From the NCBI GenBank assembly GCA_951406725.2, contig OX597833.1, positions 20,770,001 to 20,834,000 on the forward strand: a stretch of 64,000 nucleotides of DNA, read 5' to 3'. Below, piece after piece: positions 1-13,810 of this stretch (the first letter of the stretch is position 1; each line of letters opens with the position of its first letter). The notes beneath the pieces are model-generated. The model was not told where the DNA came from, searched no databases, and saw only the letters and a program-made list of their open reading frames with translations. The position numbers and the translations under genes were made by a program. This stretch comes from Octopus vulgaris. Taxonomy: Eukaryota.

Positions 1-320
1 GAAACAGCTGTAAGTGAAGATGACCAATTTGCTGTTAACAACAAACAATCATTAACACCATTTTCTTTTCTTCTTTTAAATGAATATAAACTATATGTTT
101 CTATATATATACCTAATATTTTAAGGAAATTCATCCCACAAAAATATTAGGTATTGAACCAGTTTTTCTTTGGATGAAACCATCCCTTCATGTGGTTTAC
201 ACATCTAAATCAAATTTATATCATCTGCCTACCTGCCTGCCTGCCTGCCTATCTATCTATCTATCTATATATATATATATATATATCAGCATCATCACCA
301 TATACATATATATATACATA

Positions 321-885
321 CACTTGTGAAGACCTGTTGAGGCAAGTGAGAATCGAATCAAATCAAATCAAATCGAACCAAATCAAAATAGATGTACATC
401 AATGGAATTTGTACCCTTGTGGTACCAGTGCCGGTGGCACATAAGAAAACCACCCGAACGTGACCGTAGCCAGTACCGCAATGACTGGCCTCCGTGCTGA
501 GGGCACGTAACAAACACCATCCGAGCGTAGCCGTCCGCCAGCCTCGTCTGGCACCTGTGTCGGTGACACATAAGAAAACACCATCCGAGCGTGGCCGTCA
601 GCCAGCCTCGTCTGGCACCTGTGTCGGTGGCACATAAAAAACACCATCCGAGCGTGGCCGTCTGCCAGCCTTGTCTGGCACCTGTGTCGGTGGCACATAA
701 AATCACCCACTACACTCTCGGAGTGGTTGGCGTTAGGAAGGGCATCCAGCTGTAGAAACACTGCCAGATCTGACTGGCCTGGTGCAGCCTTTGGGCTTGC
801 CAGACCCCAGTTGAACCGTCCAACCCATGCTAGCATGGAAAGCGGACGTTAAACGATGATGATGATGATGATGATGATGATGATA
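321..885 (+). mobile_element. VNTR-containing short retroelement with (GAT)n tail. Related copies at about 7830-8165, 8185-8515, 12885-13035, 23730-24200, 30503-30820, 39790-40452 (+) and 38311-38520, 60597-60960 (-)
   Basis: Shared core ggagtggttggcgttaggaagggcatccagctgtagaaa and tail ggacgttaaacgatgatg, with ~57-bp internal repeats. Confidence 0.85.
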
Positions 886-1580
886 TCATTTAACATCCAT
901 CTTCCAAACATGCATGAGTAGGATGGTTCACAGGAGCTGGCCATGTAGAAAACTACCCTAGGCTACTGTGTCTGTTTTGCCCTTCCTAACACCAACCACT
1001 CTGCTGAGCAGACTCAATGCTTTCTATGCAGCACCAGCACAGGCGAGGGCAGTTTTGGTATGTTTTACAGCTGGATGCCTTTCCAAATGTCAGCCACTTT
1101 ACAGTGTGGACTGGATGCTTTTCATGTGGCACCAGCACTGGCAGAGTCATGAATGACTGTGGGATTGCACCTAGAAAGTTCCCTTCTGAGGCACAAGTCT
1201 GGGCAAGTTTGTTTCTGGAAGACCAGCAGTCACCCTTCCTTGCATACCAGACTACTTCTCCATGCTTCCAATGTTGTCCAGGGGAAAGGCAAAGGCCAAT
1301 ATAGCTTGGCACCAGTGACATTGCAACTCATTTATAACTGACTGAACTGGAGCAACATGAAATAAAATGCCTTGCTCAAGAACACAACATACAACCCAGT
1401 ATAGGATTTGAACTCACAACCTTATGATTGTAATCCTGATGCTTGAAATCATGGAGCCCTGCATCTTCACACACATACCCACACATGGATACATCAATGT
1501 ATGTGACAGGGGGAGAAAGAGAGAGGGGAGAGATAGGAGAGAGAGCAAAAGGGTGAAAGAGAGAAAGAGATGAAAGTTAC

Positions 1581-1732
1581 CTTATTGAACATATCCTGAC
1601 AATAGATGTAAACCGAGTTGACAATTTATGCCGACCAAGTGAGGTACCAGCATTCATGCTAGCCACGATCTGAACACTTTCAAGTCCGACCCACTCCAGG
1701 CTGGAGTTATAGAATCCTCCAAATGTGAATAT
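1581..1732 (-). CDS. DYNC2H1: Dynein-2 heavy chain exon (last in window): IFTFGGFYNSSLEWVGLESVQIVASM...GRHKLSTRFTSIVRICSI
   Basis: ORF 1577..1789. ttcag / gtaac boundaries, 152 nt. The gene continues beyond both window ends. Confidence 0.94.
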
Positions 1733-4700
1733 CTGAAAATACAAGATTATGCTGACATTAGGGCAGTAAACAAGGCAACATGGACTCACAGAGAATTAGC
1801 TGACAATGGTGAGAATTAGTGAGCAAGGACTCGAGTAAGTCCTTGGTGCTTGCTCTCTAAAGCATCCTTAACATGATGGATATCCATCCAGCCAGCCACT
1901 TTTCCCATCCACTATTCCTGAGAAGGTTGTTGGAGTAGAGTGCTCTGGCACCACTTCCACAGGGTCCTATTAGTAGCAACTGTCACTTAGCCATATTTTA
2001 TCTGTCTTCATGTTCTGAGTTCAAATTCTTTGCCTTTCATCCTTTTGGGGTTGATAAATTAAGTACCAGTGAAACATTGGGGTCGATGTAAGTGACTAGT
2101 CCCCAACCCCAAAATTTAAGGCTTTGTGCCTATAGTAGAAAGAATTATTGTTATTAATATTATCAAGGCGGTGAGCTGGCAGAATTGTTACCATGCTGAA
2201 CAAAAATGTTCATGTAATTCTTGTCAGAAACAAGAATATTATTTTACCAAAGTTTCCCATTGATCAAATCGATAATTCTTCAGGATTTAGTCAGAGTGAG
2301 ATTTCTCAAGATAAATGGACTTAGTGGAATAGACAAATAGACAATTACAAACTTCTGTGACCAAATTCTTATCACATACATATGCATATTTGTAAATTGT
2401 TAAATAAATAAATAAATAAATAAAATAAAAATTTAAAAAAAACAAATTCTTTGCATTCTACATCATCTGCACTAAGATATTACTCTTTACTCTTTTACTT
2501 GTTTCAGTCATTTGACTGCGGCCATGCTGGAGCACTGCCTTTAGTTGAGCAAATCGACCCCCAGGACTTATTCTTTGTAAGCCTAGAACTTACTCTATCA
2601 GTCTCTTTTGCCAAACCGCTAAGTTACAGGGATGTAAACACACCAGCATCGGTTGTCAAGCGATGTTGGGGGACAAACACACACATACATATATATACAT
2701 ATATATATGATGGGCTTCTTTCAGTTTCTGTCTACCAAATCCACTCACAAGGCTTTGGTCAGCCCAAGGCTATAGTAGAAGACACTGGCCCAAGGTGCCA
2801 TGCAGTGGGACTGAACCCAGAGCCATGTGGTTGGTAAGCAAGCTACTTACCACACAGCCACTCCAGCTTCTTTGAATTTGGAATTTTCCTTCATCTCTTT
2901 TATCATTTTTCTCTTCGTTTATCTTTTGTTTCATTTATTGGTGTGTGGCCATGCTAGTGCACCACTTTGAAGGGTTTAGTTGAACAAATCAACCCCAGTA
3001 TCTATTTTGTTTCAAGTCTGGGACTTACTCTGCTGGACTTTTTCCAAGAGGAACATAAATGAACCATCACTGGTTGTCAAGTGGTAGTGGTGGATGAACA
3101 CAAACACAAAGGCACACACACATACATATGAAATGGGCATCGACACAGTTTCCGCCCATCAAATTCGCTCAGGTGTTAGTGGGACTGGGAGCTACAGAGA
3201 AAAACATTTGCCTAAGGTGTCCAGCAGTGGGACTGAACCCGAAACTATGTGTTTGCAAAGTAAGCTTCTTAACAACAGGGCCATGCCTGTGCCTTGTTCA
3301 TTTGTCTTTAAGATTTCTCTTTTGTTTTGTGATATATGCATAGTTTGTGTGATAAAGTTTGCTTCCCAACCATAGTTCCAGGTTCAGTCCCACTGCATGG
3401 CACCTTGGGTAAGCGTCTTCTACTGCAGCCTCAGGCTGACCAAAGCTTCATGAGTGGATTTGGTATGTGAAAACTGAAAGAAGCCCATCATATGTATGTA
3501 TATATATTTATATATATCATCATCCTCATTTAACATCTGCCTTCCATGCTGGCATGGGTAGAACCATATAAATATATATTTGAAAAAGCGAGTAGAGATG
3601 GCTTTTCTTAAGAGATGGGATAATTTTTATTTTAATCAATTTATTTTAATCAATTTTTATTTTACAATTACTCTAATGAGTTTTGAGATATTCCATAGCT
3701 GTTTTCAAATTGAAATTCTGTGGTTTAGAAGGTTGCTTAAATAGTAAAAGATTTATATGTATATATATATATGTTTTTGCGTTTGTCCCTCTACCATTAC
3801 TTAACTATGTTGGTGTGTTTATGTACCTGTAGCTTAGCAGTTTGGCAAAAGAGGCCAAAAGAATAAGGCTTACAAAGAATAAGTCCAGGGGTCAATTTCT
3901 TCAACTAAAGGTGGTGCTCTAACATGGCCACAGTCAAAATGACTGAAACAGTTAAAAGAATATGGATGTGTGGTAAGAAGTTAGCTTTCTAACTACATGG
4001 TTCCAGGTTCAGTCTCACTGTGTGGCACCTTCGGCAAGTGCCTTCTAATACAGCCTCAGGCCAACCAAAGCATGTGAGTGGATTTGGTAGGCGGAAACTG
4101 AAAGAAGCCTGCGGTGTGTGTGTGTGCATGTCTTTGTGTCTGTGTTTGTCCCCCACTGCCACTAGACAGCCAGTGATGGTTTGTTTACGTCTCTGTAACT
4201 TAGTGATTGGCAAAAGAGACCATGTTTAAAAGATAAGAACTGGGGTTGATTTGTTTGACTAAAAACATTTCTTCAAGGCAGTGCCCCAGCATGGCCACAA
4301 GCAATTGACCGAAACAATTAAAAAGAAAAGAAGATAAAATAAAAAGATATGTGTGTGTGAATGCACACGTGTGTGTGTGTGCATGTTTGTGCATGTGCAC
4401 AAGTGTGTGTGTGCATAATTGTGTATGTGTGTTCTTGTTTTTAAAAAAATCCCTATAATCTTAATCCTCTACTCATCTGTTATCTTAAATAACTGACCAA
4501 TTTTTAATCTTGTTTCACCAACACCTGCTGGCATATATATGACTTATTCCACCAAACTTCTAGACAATCCTAAAAATCTGTCTACTGATAGAATGGACAG
4601 TTTTGATGTATTCCAATGATATATATGGCATCATCATCATCATCATCATCATCATAGAATCAGTCTGGACATCTTAAACAGACACTTTCCATCAAATTCC

Positions 4701-5077
4701 ATATCTAGTTCATTTGCTTTTAATTTCTTCATGAGGTGTACGCATGGCTATGTGGTTAAGAAGCTTGCTGGTTTCGGGTTCAGTCCCACTGTGTGGTACC
4801 TTGCACAAAAGTGTCTTCTACAATAATTCTAGGCCACATATGTCTACATATGTCTTGTGAGTGAATTTGGTAGACAGAAACTGTGTGTGTGTGTGTGTGT
4901 GTATTGAAATATTAAACAGGCACAGGAGTGCTTACCAACCACATGGTTCTGGGTTCAGTCCCACTACGTGGCACCTTGGGCAAGTGTCTTCTACTATAAC
5001 CTTAGGCCAACCAAAGCCTTGTGAGTTGATTTGGTAGACAGAAACTGAAACTGAAAGAAGCCCGTTGTATATATGTA

Positions 5078-5120
<43 letters not shown>

Positions 5121-5339
5121 GTATGTGTGTGTATATGTTTGTGTCTGTGTTTGTACCCCCAACATTGCTTGACAACTGATGCTGGTGTGTTTATGTCCCC
5201 GTAACTTAGCGGTTCAGCAAAAGAGACCGATAGAATAAGTACTAGGGTTCCAAAGAATAAGTCCTGGGGTCGATTTGCTTGACTAAAGGCAGTGCTCTAG
5301 CATGGGTGCAGTCAAATAACTGAAACAAGGAAAAGAGTA

Positions 5340-5948
5340 ATAAACTGGCTTGGTAAAAGGGAAAAACCTCAACCACAACTAAGATGGGAACTTCATGAGA
5401 AAAAGGTCCTTCTCTCTATCTGGTGGGATTGCAAAGGAGTAATTCACTTTGAATTGTTACCACCTAATGCAACAATCAATGCTAAAGTCTACTGTCAGCA
5501 ATTAGAGCGTTTGAACCAAGCTTTGAAGGAAAAAAGACCTGCTTTAGTGAATCGAAAAGGAGTGATGTTTCATCAGGACAATGTGAGACCCCACACTGCA
5601 AAGATCACATCACTGAAGATCGAAGAGCTTGGTTGGGAAAAAATTCCTCATCCACCTTATTCTCCTGACCTTGCTCCTTCAGATTACCATTTGTTTCATA
5701 GTTTACAGAATCATTTGGGGGACATAACTTTTGCAAGCCAGGAAAAGGTCAAAACTGACATTTCAGAGTTCTTCGCTTTGAAACCAAAAGAGTTATACAT
5801 TGATGGGCATAAAAAGCTTGTAAATAGATGGAAGGAAGTCATAGAAAATCAGGGAAAGTATATTGATGATTAAATTTCAATTAAATATAACATTTGATCA
5901 CTTGTTTTCTTTATTCAAAATTCGGATAGAACTTAAGGGATGATGTGG
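5340..5948 (+). mobile_element. Mariner (DD34D) transposase 3' relic
   Basis: WWDCKG upstream, then FHQDNVRPH...HPPYSPDLAPSDYHLF. The 5' part is lost at a SINE insertion. Confidence 0.9.
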
Positions 5949-6784
5949 TATATAAAAATATATATGCATATGTATGTGTGTGTGTGTGTGCACACACACA
6001 CACACACACACACACAGTGTTGGTTTATTTACATCCCTATAACTTAGTAAATTCAGCAAAAGAGACTGATAGAATAAGCACCACAGTCCCCCACCCCACG
6101 AAAAAAAAAACCCAAAGAAGTACTGTGGCTGATTTGTTCAACTAAAACCCTATGAAGCAGCACTCCAGTATGGCCACAGTCCAATGACTGAAACAAATAA
6201 AAACAAGATCAGAGATACTCAATAAGAGCTGACCGAGGGCTAAACAGCCCACCACCACCACCATCCCCGACAGAAATTCTTAACATACTGTTTGATATTT
6301 TCTTCTCTGTGTTATATTTTCTATTACTCTGTGCCACAATATCTAGCTACTTTCATATGTAATGCTTCATATAATCAACTGGTTGAGATGTGAGCACAGT
6401 CAATGCTTCATATACTTGACACACACACACACACCATTCTGGATACTGAGATAATTATTAATCCTATTTGCTGCTTCCTCTTCCTTCTACTCCAGCAGCA
6501 GCAGCAGGTAGTGAGGCTAAGATTAATACACGTTAGTGGTAACATATCTAATATAACATAGCACATACAAAGAAAAAAAAATTACCTAATATAATATACA
6601 TAAAGAAAAGGAAAAATGATAGTATTTAACTAGAATAATTTTTCAATCTTCTGGCAACTATGGGAGATAAATCTGAGCATGTTTCAAGTCATATTTTCAC
6701 CTCATCAGCAAAGCATATATTTTTGCTTTCGTTGCTGAATTAGCAAAAAATGAATCACTAATTAAATGATTAAATGTAAAGATT

Positions 6785-7010
6785 AAGGCGGCGAGCTGGC
6801 AGAAACGTTAGCACACCGGGCGAAATGCTTAGCCGTATTGCGTCTGTTGTTGCGTTCAAATTACGCCGAGGTCGACTTTGCCTTTCATCCTTTCGGGGTC
6901 GATAAATTAAGTACCAGTTACGCACTGGGGTCGATGTAATCGACTTAATCTGTTTGTCTGTCCTTGTTTGTCCCCTCTATGTTTAGCCCCTTGTGGGCAA
7001 TAAAGAAACA
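6785..7010 (+). mobile_element. SINE family B, representative copy. Many others, e.g. 11868-12100, 13495-13725(-), 20580-21250(-, three tandem), 31130-31295(-), 32780-33210(-), 36670-36875(-), 49453-49905, 58455-58675(-)
   Basis: Head ggcggcgagctggcagaa, B-box-like gttcaaattcc, central gcctttcatcctttcggggtcgataaattaagtaccag (resembles the conserved Meta-type SINE core, from memory). Confidence 0.85.
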
Positions 7011-7629
7011 GATTAAGTGTAAAGATATGTTGAGCAGGATAGGGAAAAAATACAATTGTTTAGAAGTTAAGGAATTTAGAGATGACATCTGCATGGAAAG
7101 TAATGCAGCATTAATCAAATTAACTGTAAATATGCATCGAAGGAAAAAAATTCAAACAACACAGAAAGCTTGCTTTGCAACCATGCTGTTTGGGGCTCTG
7201 TGCCACTGCTCTGCACCTTGGGTAAGTAGCTGCCACTATTGTGGTGGGCTGTCCAAAGCACTGTGAGTGAATTTGGTAGACTAAAACTGTGTGGAAGCTC
7301 ATCATGTATAAATATATATATATATTTTTTTTTCGTGACCGACCAGGCAATCAGATGTTGCTACACATTGCTGGTCACAATGCACTTCGCATTGTTTTAG
7401 CCTTCAAATGACGCCACCCCGCTGGCTAAGCGGGAAGGCCAACAGAAGAAAGAGTGAGAGAAAGTTGTGGCGGAAGTATACAGCAGGGGTCACCACCACC
7501 CCCTGCCGGAGCCTTGTGGAGGTTTAGGTGTTTTCGCTCAATAAACACTCACAACGCCCGGTCTGGGAATCAAAACCGCGATCCTACGACCGTGAGTCCG
7601 CTGCCCTAACCACTGGGCCATTGCGCCTC

Positions 7630-7691
<62 letters not shown>

Positions 7692-9496
7692 CATATATTA
7701 GATGGTACATGAAGCACCAACTTGCTAGAAAGTTGAAGTAACCCCCCACCCCCAACTAATATAATTATGAGCTTATTGTTTCCCATGCTTGAGAAGAAAA
7801 CCCATCAAGCTGAGCAAAATCACTGTGGTAACAGATGCCGGTGTCACATAAATTGGCACCCGTGCCAGTGGCAAGTAAATGTACTCTGATGTCACGCAAA
7901 TGGCACACATGCTGGTGGTACATAAAAGCATCCATTACACTCATGGAGTGTCTGGCATTAGGAAGGGCATCCAGCTGTAGAAAACCATGCCAAACCAGAG
8001 TGGAGTCTGGTGCAGCCTTCCAGCATGCTAGCCCAGTCAAACCAGAGAAACCATGCCAAAGCAGATGAAAGAATTTGCTGCAGACCTCTGGCTTGCCAGC
8101 TCCTGTCAAACTGCCAAACCCATGCTAGCATGATAATTGAACATCAAGAGATAATGATGAAGATGATAATTAATACACACACACACTACCTGTGCTAGTG
8201 GCACGTAAAAAGCACCATCCAAACATGGCCGATGCCAGTGTCACCCTGATTGGCTTCTGTGCCGGTGGCACGTAAAACGTACCAACTGATCATGGCCTTT
8301 GCCAGCCTCCCCTGGCATCTGTGCCAGTGGCATGTAAAAAGCACCCACTACACTCACAGAATGGTTGGCGTTAGGAAGGGCATCCGGCTGTAGAAACTCT
8401 GCCAGATCAGACTGGAGCCTGATGCAGCCTCCTGGCTTTCCAGACCCCGGTCAAACTGTCCAACCCATGCTAGCATGGAGAACGGACGTTAAACGATGAT
8501 GATGATGATGATGATAACACTGTAGTAGAGCAAATAAAAAAAACAATAGAATAAGAACCAGTTTTGAAAAAAAAAATAAAACAAAACAAAAAACAAGTAC
8601 TGGGGTCAATTTGTTTGGCTAAAACCCTTCAAGGCACTGCTCCAGCATGACCATAGGTCAATGACTAAGAATAAGTAAAAGACAAAGGCCAATCATATTG
8701 TTTCTAGTCTACCAGCAAGTATGGGAGATAACTCTGACAGGCAGTGATGAACTGCTCACTAAGTCTGCTTAGAGAGTAAGAACGTTTGTTGGTTTCGTCA
8801 ATAGAATTATTGGAAGATTAAATAATACAAGACACAATGAATGGAAAAAAAAATATCTAAAAGAGAAATTGACAACTGTTCTTGTAATATGTATATTTAC
8901 GCTGTCTAGATTTTTTCCTTGCTCAATTGGTTTATTAATATAATTACACTGCGAGAGAAAGTGAGAGATAAAGAGGGAGAGAGAGAAATGAGGGAGATAG
9001 AATGAGAGGTGAGATGACTGAGAAAATGGAAAGAGGGGAATATGTAGAGAGGACGAGAAGTGGTATGAGGCAGAAATTGGAGAAGGGAAATAAGGAGAGC
9101 AAGAAAACAACCAGATTGGAAGAATGAATGAGAGAGAGACTGCTTCTTTGTTTTTTTCTCTAAAATAACATTATTTTCTCATTAAAATATATTTGGTTGT
9201 CTAAAACATAAAGAGGTTTTATTTGGATGAATTTCATTCTCATTCAAATACTGCTTTTTAGCTTTGGCACAAAGCCAGTAACTTTGAAGGGATGAAGGCA
9301 AATCAATTACATTGAACCCAATACATGACTGGTACATTATTTAATCAACCCTGAAAGGTCAAAAGGCAAAACTGACTTTGGCAAGATTTGAACCCAAGAC
9401 ATGAAGAGCTGGAAGAAACAAGCAAAGAATTCTGTCTGAAGAGCTAACAGTTCTGCCAGCATGCTACCTTATTATTATTATTATTAATGATGCTGC

Positions 9497-9527
<31 letters not shown>

Positions 9528-9579
9528 TATAATAATAATAATAATAATAACAGTCAAGATGAAGAGTGAGTTTGATTGT

Positions 9580-10310
9580 AAGATATTTTATTAGTTGAGC
9601 GATGTTTCAACAGTATGTCTGTCTTTGTCAAGTTCAAAATAAGAAGTGATAAAAATTCGAAATTATAGAAATTTAAACATAAAGTATGAACGAGAGCAAC
9701 CAGTGTCCACACATTGATGGAATGACATCATCAGCTTTTAAGTTACAATTTTATAACAGGCGAAAAGAAAAAGACAGAAAAAAGAAGACGATAGAAAAAA
9801 AAAGGAAAGAAAAAGAGAGAAAGAAGAATATTTAATCAAATAGTTTTGTATAAATTTGATGATATTCTCCTATCATCTTAATAATTCCTCCAGGGAGTGA
9901 TGCTAATAACCCACAAACATATTTCTCCTCACACATTCTGAGAAGTGAAAGTGAAGCAGATTCAGAATATTTTCTGAGAATATGCACTTTCAAGTCTTCT
10001 TCAAAATTGCAGCCGCTTGAAATGAAATGTTCAAGTTCTGTTGAACTCCTGTTATTGTGCCTGACATCAAATCTGTGCCCATTAAACCTTTTGTTTAATT
10101 GTTCTGTTGTACAACCAACATAAATTAAGTTGTGTTTTGTGCATTCTGCAGCATACACCAAATGGGAATCTTTACATTTTCCACCTTCTGTATAAATCAA
10201 AACATTTCTGTTATGATTTCTGATGGAATTCACTTCACTCATGTTGTTGCACAATGAACAGGGCTTACCTCTCTTGCAGCTGTTCGTTAAGGTACAGCGT
10301 GCAGATACTC
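9580..10310 (-). mobile_element. Penelope-like element 3' relic, GIY-YIG endonuclease plus tail
   Basis: LVYAAECTKHNLIYVGCTTEQLNKRFNGHRFD (GIY-YIG with Cys-x-x-His spacer). Hammerhead-like motif downstream on the same strand. Confidence 0.82.
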
Positions 10311-10739
10311 CAATGTTCGTTTTCTTGGAGTCAGATATTACTTATTCTTTTATATGTATTTTGCCTCTAGCCCTGTTTTTTCTTGTGCATGTGTGTATAT
10401 AGACGTGTGTATGATCCTTTTTTGTACATGTGTGTGTGTGTGTCTGTGAGCATGTATGTGGGTATGTATATATTTTTTAGCAAATGTGTGGGTGAGCATG
10501 TGTGTGTTTCAAATGAGGGTGGATGAGTATATACTTATAGGTGCATGTGTGTGGGTGTGTATGTGTGGGTATGGACATGCGCGCTTATGCGAATACTATA
10601 AACATTTTCACTCCCTTACCATTACTCCCTCCCCTCACTTAGTGGTCATTCAAATAGCTCTTTTGTCTTAATAACAGTCAATCACACAGTAATTTCCCTT
10701 TGTTTAACGGTCATTTTCATAACATTTTTTCGATGGCTA

Positions 10740-10800
10740 GATAACTGAAGAGATGGTGGCATGGGTTTCTGTCCTGACATCCGAAACTCGAAGTTTTATC
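10740..10800 (+). ncRNA. Hammerhead candidate
   Basis: gataa-CTGAAGA-gatg..catc-c-GAAAC-tcgaa-GTT-ttatc. Confidence 0.5.
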
Positions 10801-10902
10801 ATGGCTACCGAATAATTGTCACATATTATACTTACAGATAAATACTTCTATTTACATAATATCGAGGTCTCTTTCATCCTTTTGTTGTCTTACCATTTCT
10901 AT

Positions 10903-10956
<54 letters not shown>

Positions 10957-11574
10957 AAATATATATATACACATGCATACATACATACATATATAGACAG
11001 ACAGACAGACAGATAGATAGATACCTATATATTTATATATATATGTATATATATATAGGGTATGGTGTTACTTGCTTTTATCATATTTCAAAACTCATTA
11101 ACTCTTCTCAATGCCAGATAAAACAATTCTCCTCTTTCCCGCATCCTTCTTAATAACCACAGACTTATTGAATAAACCATTTCTTCGACATCTTTCAATA
11201 TATTCTAATCTATTTAATAACTTTTTTTCCTTCAATATTCTCAACTCTTCTTGAAGCCATATAATCTATAACCTAGGTTGATTAGCTTGCCATTCCATTC
11301 GTCTTCTCCTCAATTTAGAATTACACTGTTTCTTTACAAATCATAACGATTATCATTGATGTTATTGTTGCAGCAGATTAGCTCAAGATTAACCATGATT
11401 AACCATGACATATGATCAAAGGCATTCCAACCATAATCGTCCTGTCTTTTGATAGCCTCTTCTTTTAAGACAAGCAGGATCTTAAAATTTTTGATTTGCG
11501 GGATATCAAGTTGCTCTTTCTATCAGGTTGATTAACCACAGTGACTGCCTTTGATGTTTCTCCTATTAAAATTA

Positions 11575-11745
11575 TTAAAGTGGTGGGAAGTTGTGGATAA
11601 GGGAAAACCAGGAAGACAAGGGATAAATTACTGAATGATAATCTCAAAACATCAAACCTTATGAAGGAGATGATGGAGGACTGAGTTATGTGGTGCATTG
11701 CTGTACTTGAGAAGACCTGCCCACCACAACAGAATCGAGATCCTA
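11575..11745 (+). mobile_element. RTE-type LINE 3' fragment
   Basis: KVVGSCG*GKTRKT...MWCIAVLEKTC resembles the RTE C-terminal RGRPRKTW...WR.AV segment. Confidence 0.55.
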
Positions 11746-12849
11746 AAACCAAGGTGCCACATTAAAACATTGGTGTAGGTGCTGGTGCCACATAAAATGC
11801 ACTGGTGCTAGTGTTGTGTAAAAAGCACGCAGTATAACCTGTGGAATGGTTGGCATTCCACAGAATGGGCGGCAAGCTGGCAGAATCGTTAGCAATCTGG
11901 GTGAAATGCGTAGCCGTATTTCGTCTGCCGTTACGTTCTGAGTTCAAATTCCGCCGAAGACGACTTTGCCTTTCATCCTTTTGGGGTCGATAAATTAAGT
12001 ACCAGTTACGCACTGGGGTTGATGTAATCGACTTAATCCGTTTCTCTGTCCTTGTTTGTCCCCTCTGTGTTTAGCCCCTTGTGGGTAGTAAAGAAATAGG
12101 TTGGCATTAGGAAAGGCATCCAACCATAGAAACCAAGCCAGAAAAGATTATGGAACCTGGTGTGGTCCCTGGCCTTGTGAGTTCCTGTCAAGCTGTCCAG
12201 CCATGGAAAATGGATATTAGATGTTGATGATGATGATGATCATCATCATTATTCCCTTAAAACTGGCACTCTGTCAGTTATAATGATGAGGGTTCTAATT
12301 CATCCGATCAACTGAACAGCCTGCTTGTTAAGTTAACATGCAAGTAGCTGAACACTCCACAGATACATGTATCCTTAACATAGACCTCATGGAGATTCAG
12401 CATGACACAGAATGTGACAAGGCTGGCCCTTTGAATTACAGGTACACCTCATTTTTACCAGCTGAGGGGACTGGAGCAATGTGAAATAAAGTGTCTTCCT
12501 CAAGAGCACAATGTGTCACCAGGAATTGAACTCACGACTTTATGATCATAAGCTGAATACCCTAACCACTAAGCCATATGCCTCACATACCTTAAAACTA
12601 TTACGTGCTTTATTAGTTAACAGGGATGTTGTCTTGATGCTTGGTTACAACAAATCTCCTCAAATCTCAAGAAACTTTCTAAAAAATGCAGGAGTGGCTG
12701 TGTGGTAAGCAGCTTGCTTACCAACCACATGGTTCCGGGTTCAGTCCCACTGTGTGACACCTTGGGCAAGTGTCTTCTACTATAGCCTTGGGCCAACCAA
12801 AGCCTTGTGAGTGGATGTGGTAGATGGAAATTGAAAGAAGCCCATCGTA

Positions 12850-12886
<37 letters not shown>

Positions 12887-13269
12887 TGGCGTTAGGAAGG
12901 GCATCCAGCTGTAGAAACTCTGCCAGATCTGACTGGGCCTGATGAAGCCTTCTGGCTTCACAGACCCCAGTTGAACCATCCAACCCATGCTAGCATGGAA
13001 AACGGACGCTAAACGATGATGATGATGATGATGATATATGTATGTATGTGTGTGTTTATGTGTTTGTGTTTGTCCTCCCAACATCGCTTGACAACCGATG
13101 GTGGTGTGTTTACGTCCCCGTAACTTAGCGGTTCGGCAAAAGAGACTGATAGAATAAGTACTAGGCTTCTAAAGAATAAGTCCTGGGGTCAATGTGCTCG
13201 ACTAAAGGCGGTACTCCAGCATGGCCACAGTCAAATGACTGAAACAAAAGAGTAGAAGAGTAATACTAG

Positions 13270-13810
13270 ATAAAACTGAAGACTTTTCTGCAAGTCAGTA
13301 ATGCAAGTAATGCAATTCCAATATCATTCAGCCTTTTAGGTAGCAGTTTCGGTATTGTGCCAAGTGCACCAATTACTACAGGAGTCATTATCATCATCAT
13401 TGTTCAACAATGGTCGAGACAATGGAATTTACCATGCTACGCTAGACTTCACAGCCTATCATAGCATTACGGAGGTCCTGTTGCTGGATGCCTATCTTAT
13501 TTCGTTATTGCCCACAAGGGGCTAAACATAGAGGGTACAAACAAGGACAGAGAAAGGGACTAAGTTGATTACATCAACCCCAGTGCGTAACTGGTACTTA
13601 ATTTATTGACCCCGAAAGGATGAAAGGCAAAGTTGACCTTGGTGGAATTTGAACTCAGAACGTAACGGCAGACGAAATACCTCTAAGCATTTCGCCTGGC
13701 GTGCTAACGCTTCTGCCAGCTCACCTTGTCATCTTAGTCTTCCACAATCGCTTCATCTCTCTGGATAGATCATGATGGTTCTTTGGTACTTTGGCATCCA
13801 CTCTATTTAT
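13270..13810 (-). mobile_element. Old R4/Dong-like fragment split by a SINE
   Basis: Minus-strand pieces DLSREMKRLWKTKM (about 13730-13790) and PVVIGALGTIPK (about 13345-13385). Confidence 0.5.

Noticed and set aside
2451-2837. Recurrent ORFs ending ..[21 protein letters not shown] as a peptide family
   Set aside because: Antisense translation of SINE family A.
6435-6447. 13-nt match (cattctggatact) to the exon at 20383-20490
   Set aside because: Short enough to occur by chance in 64 kb.
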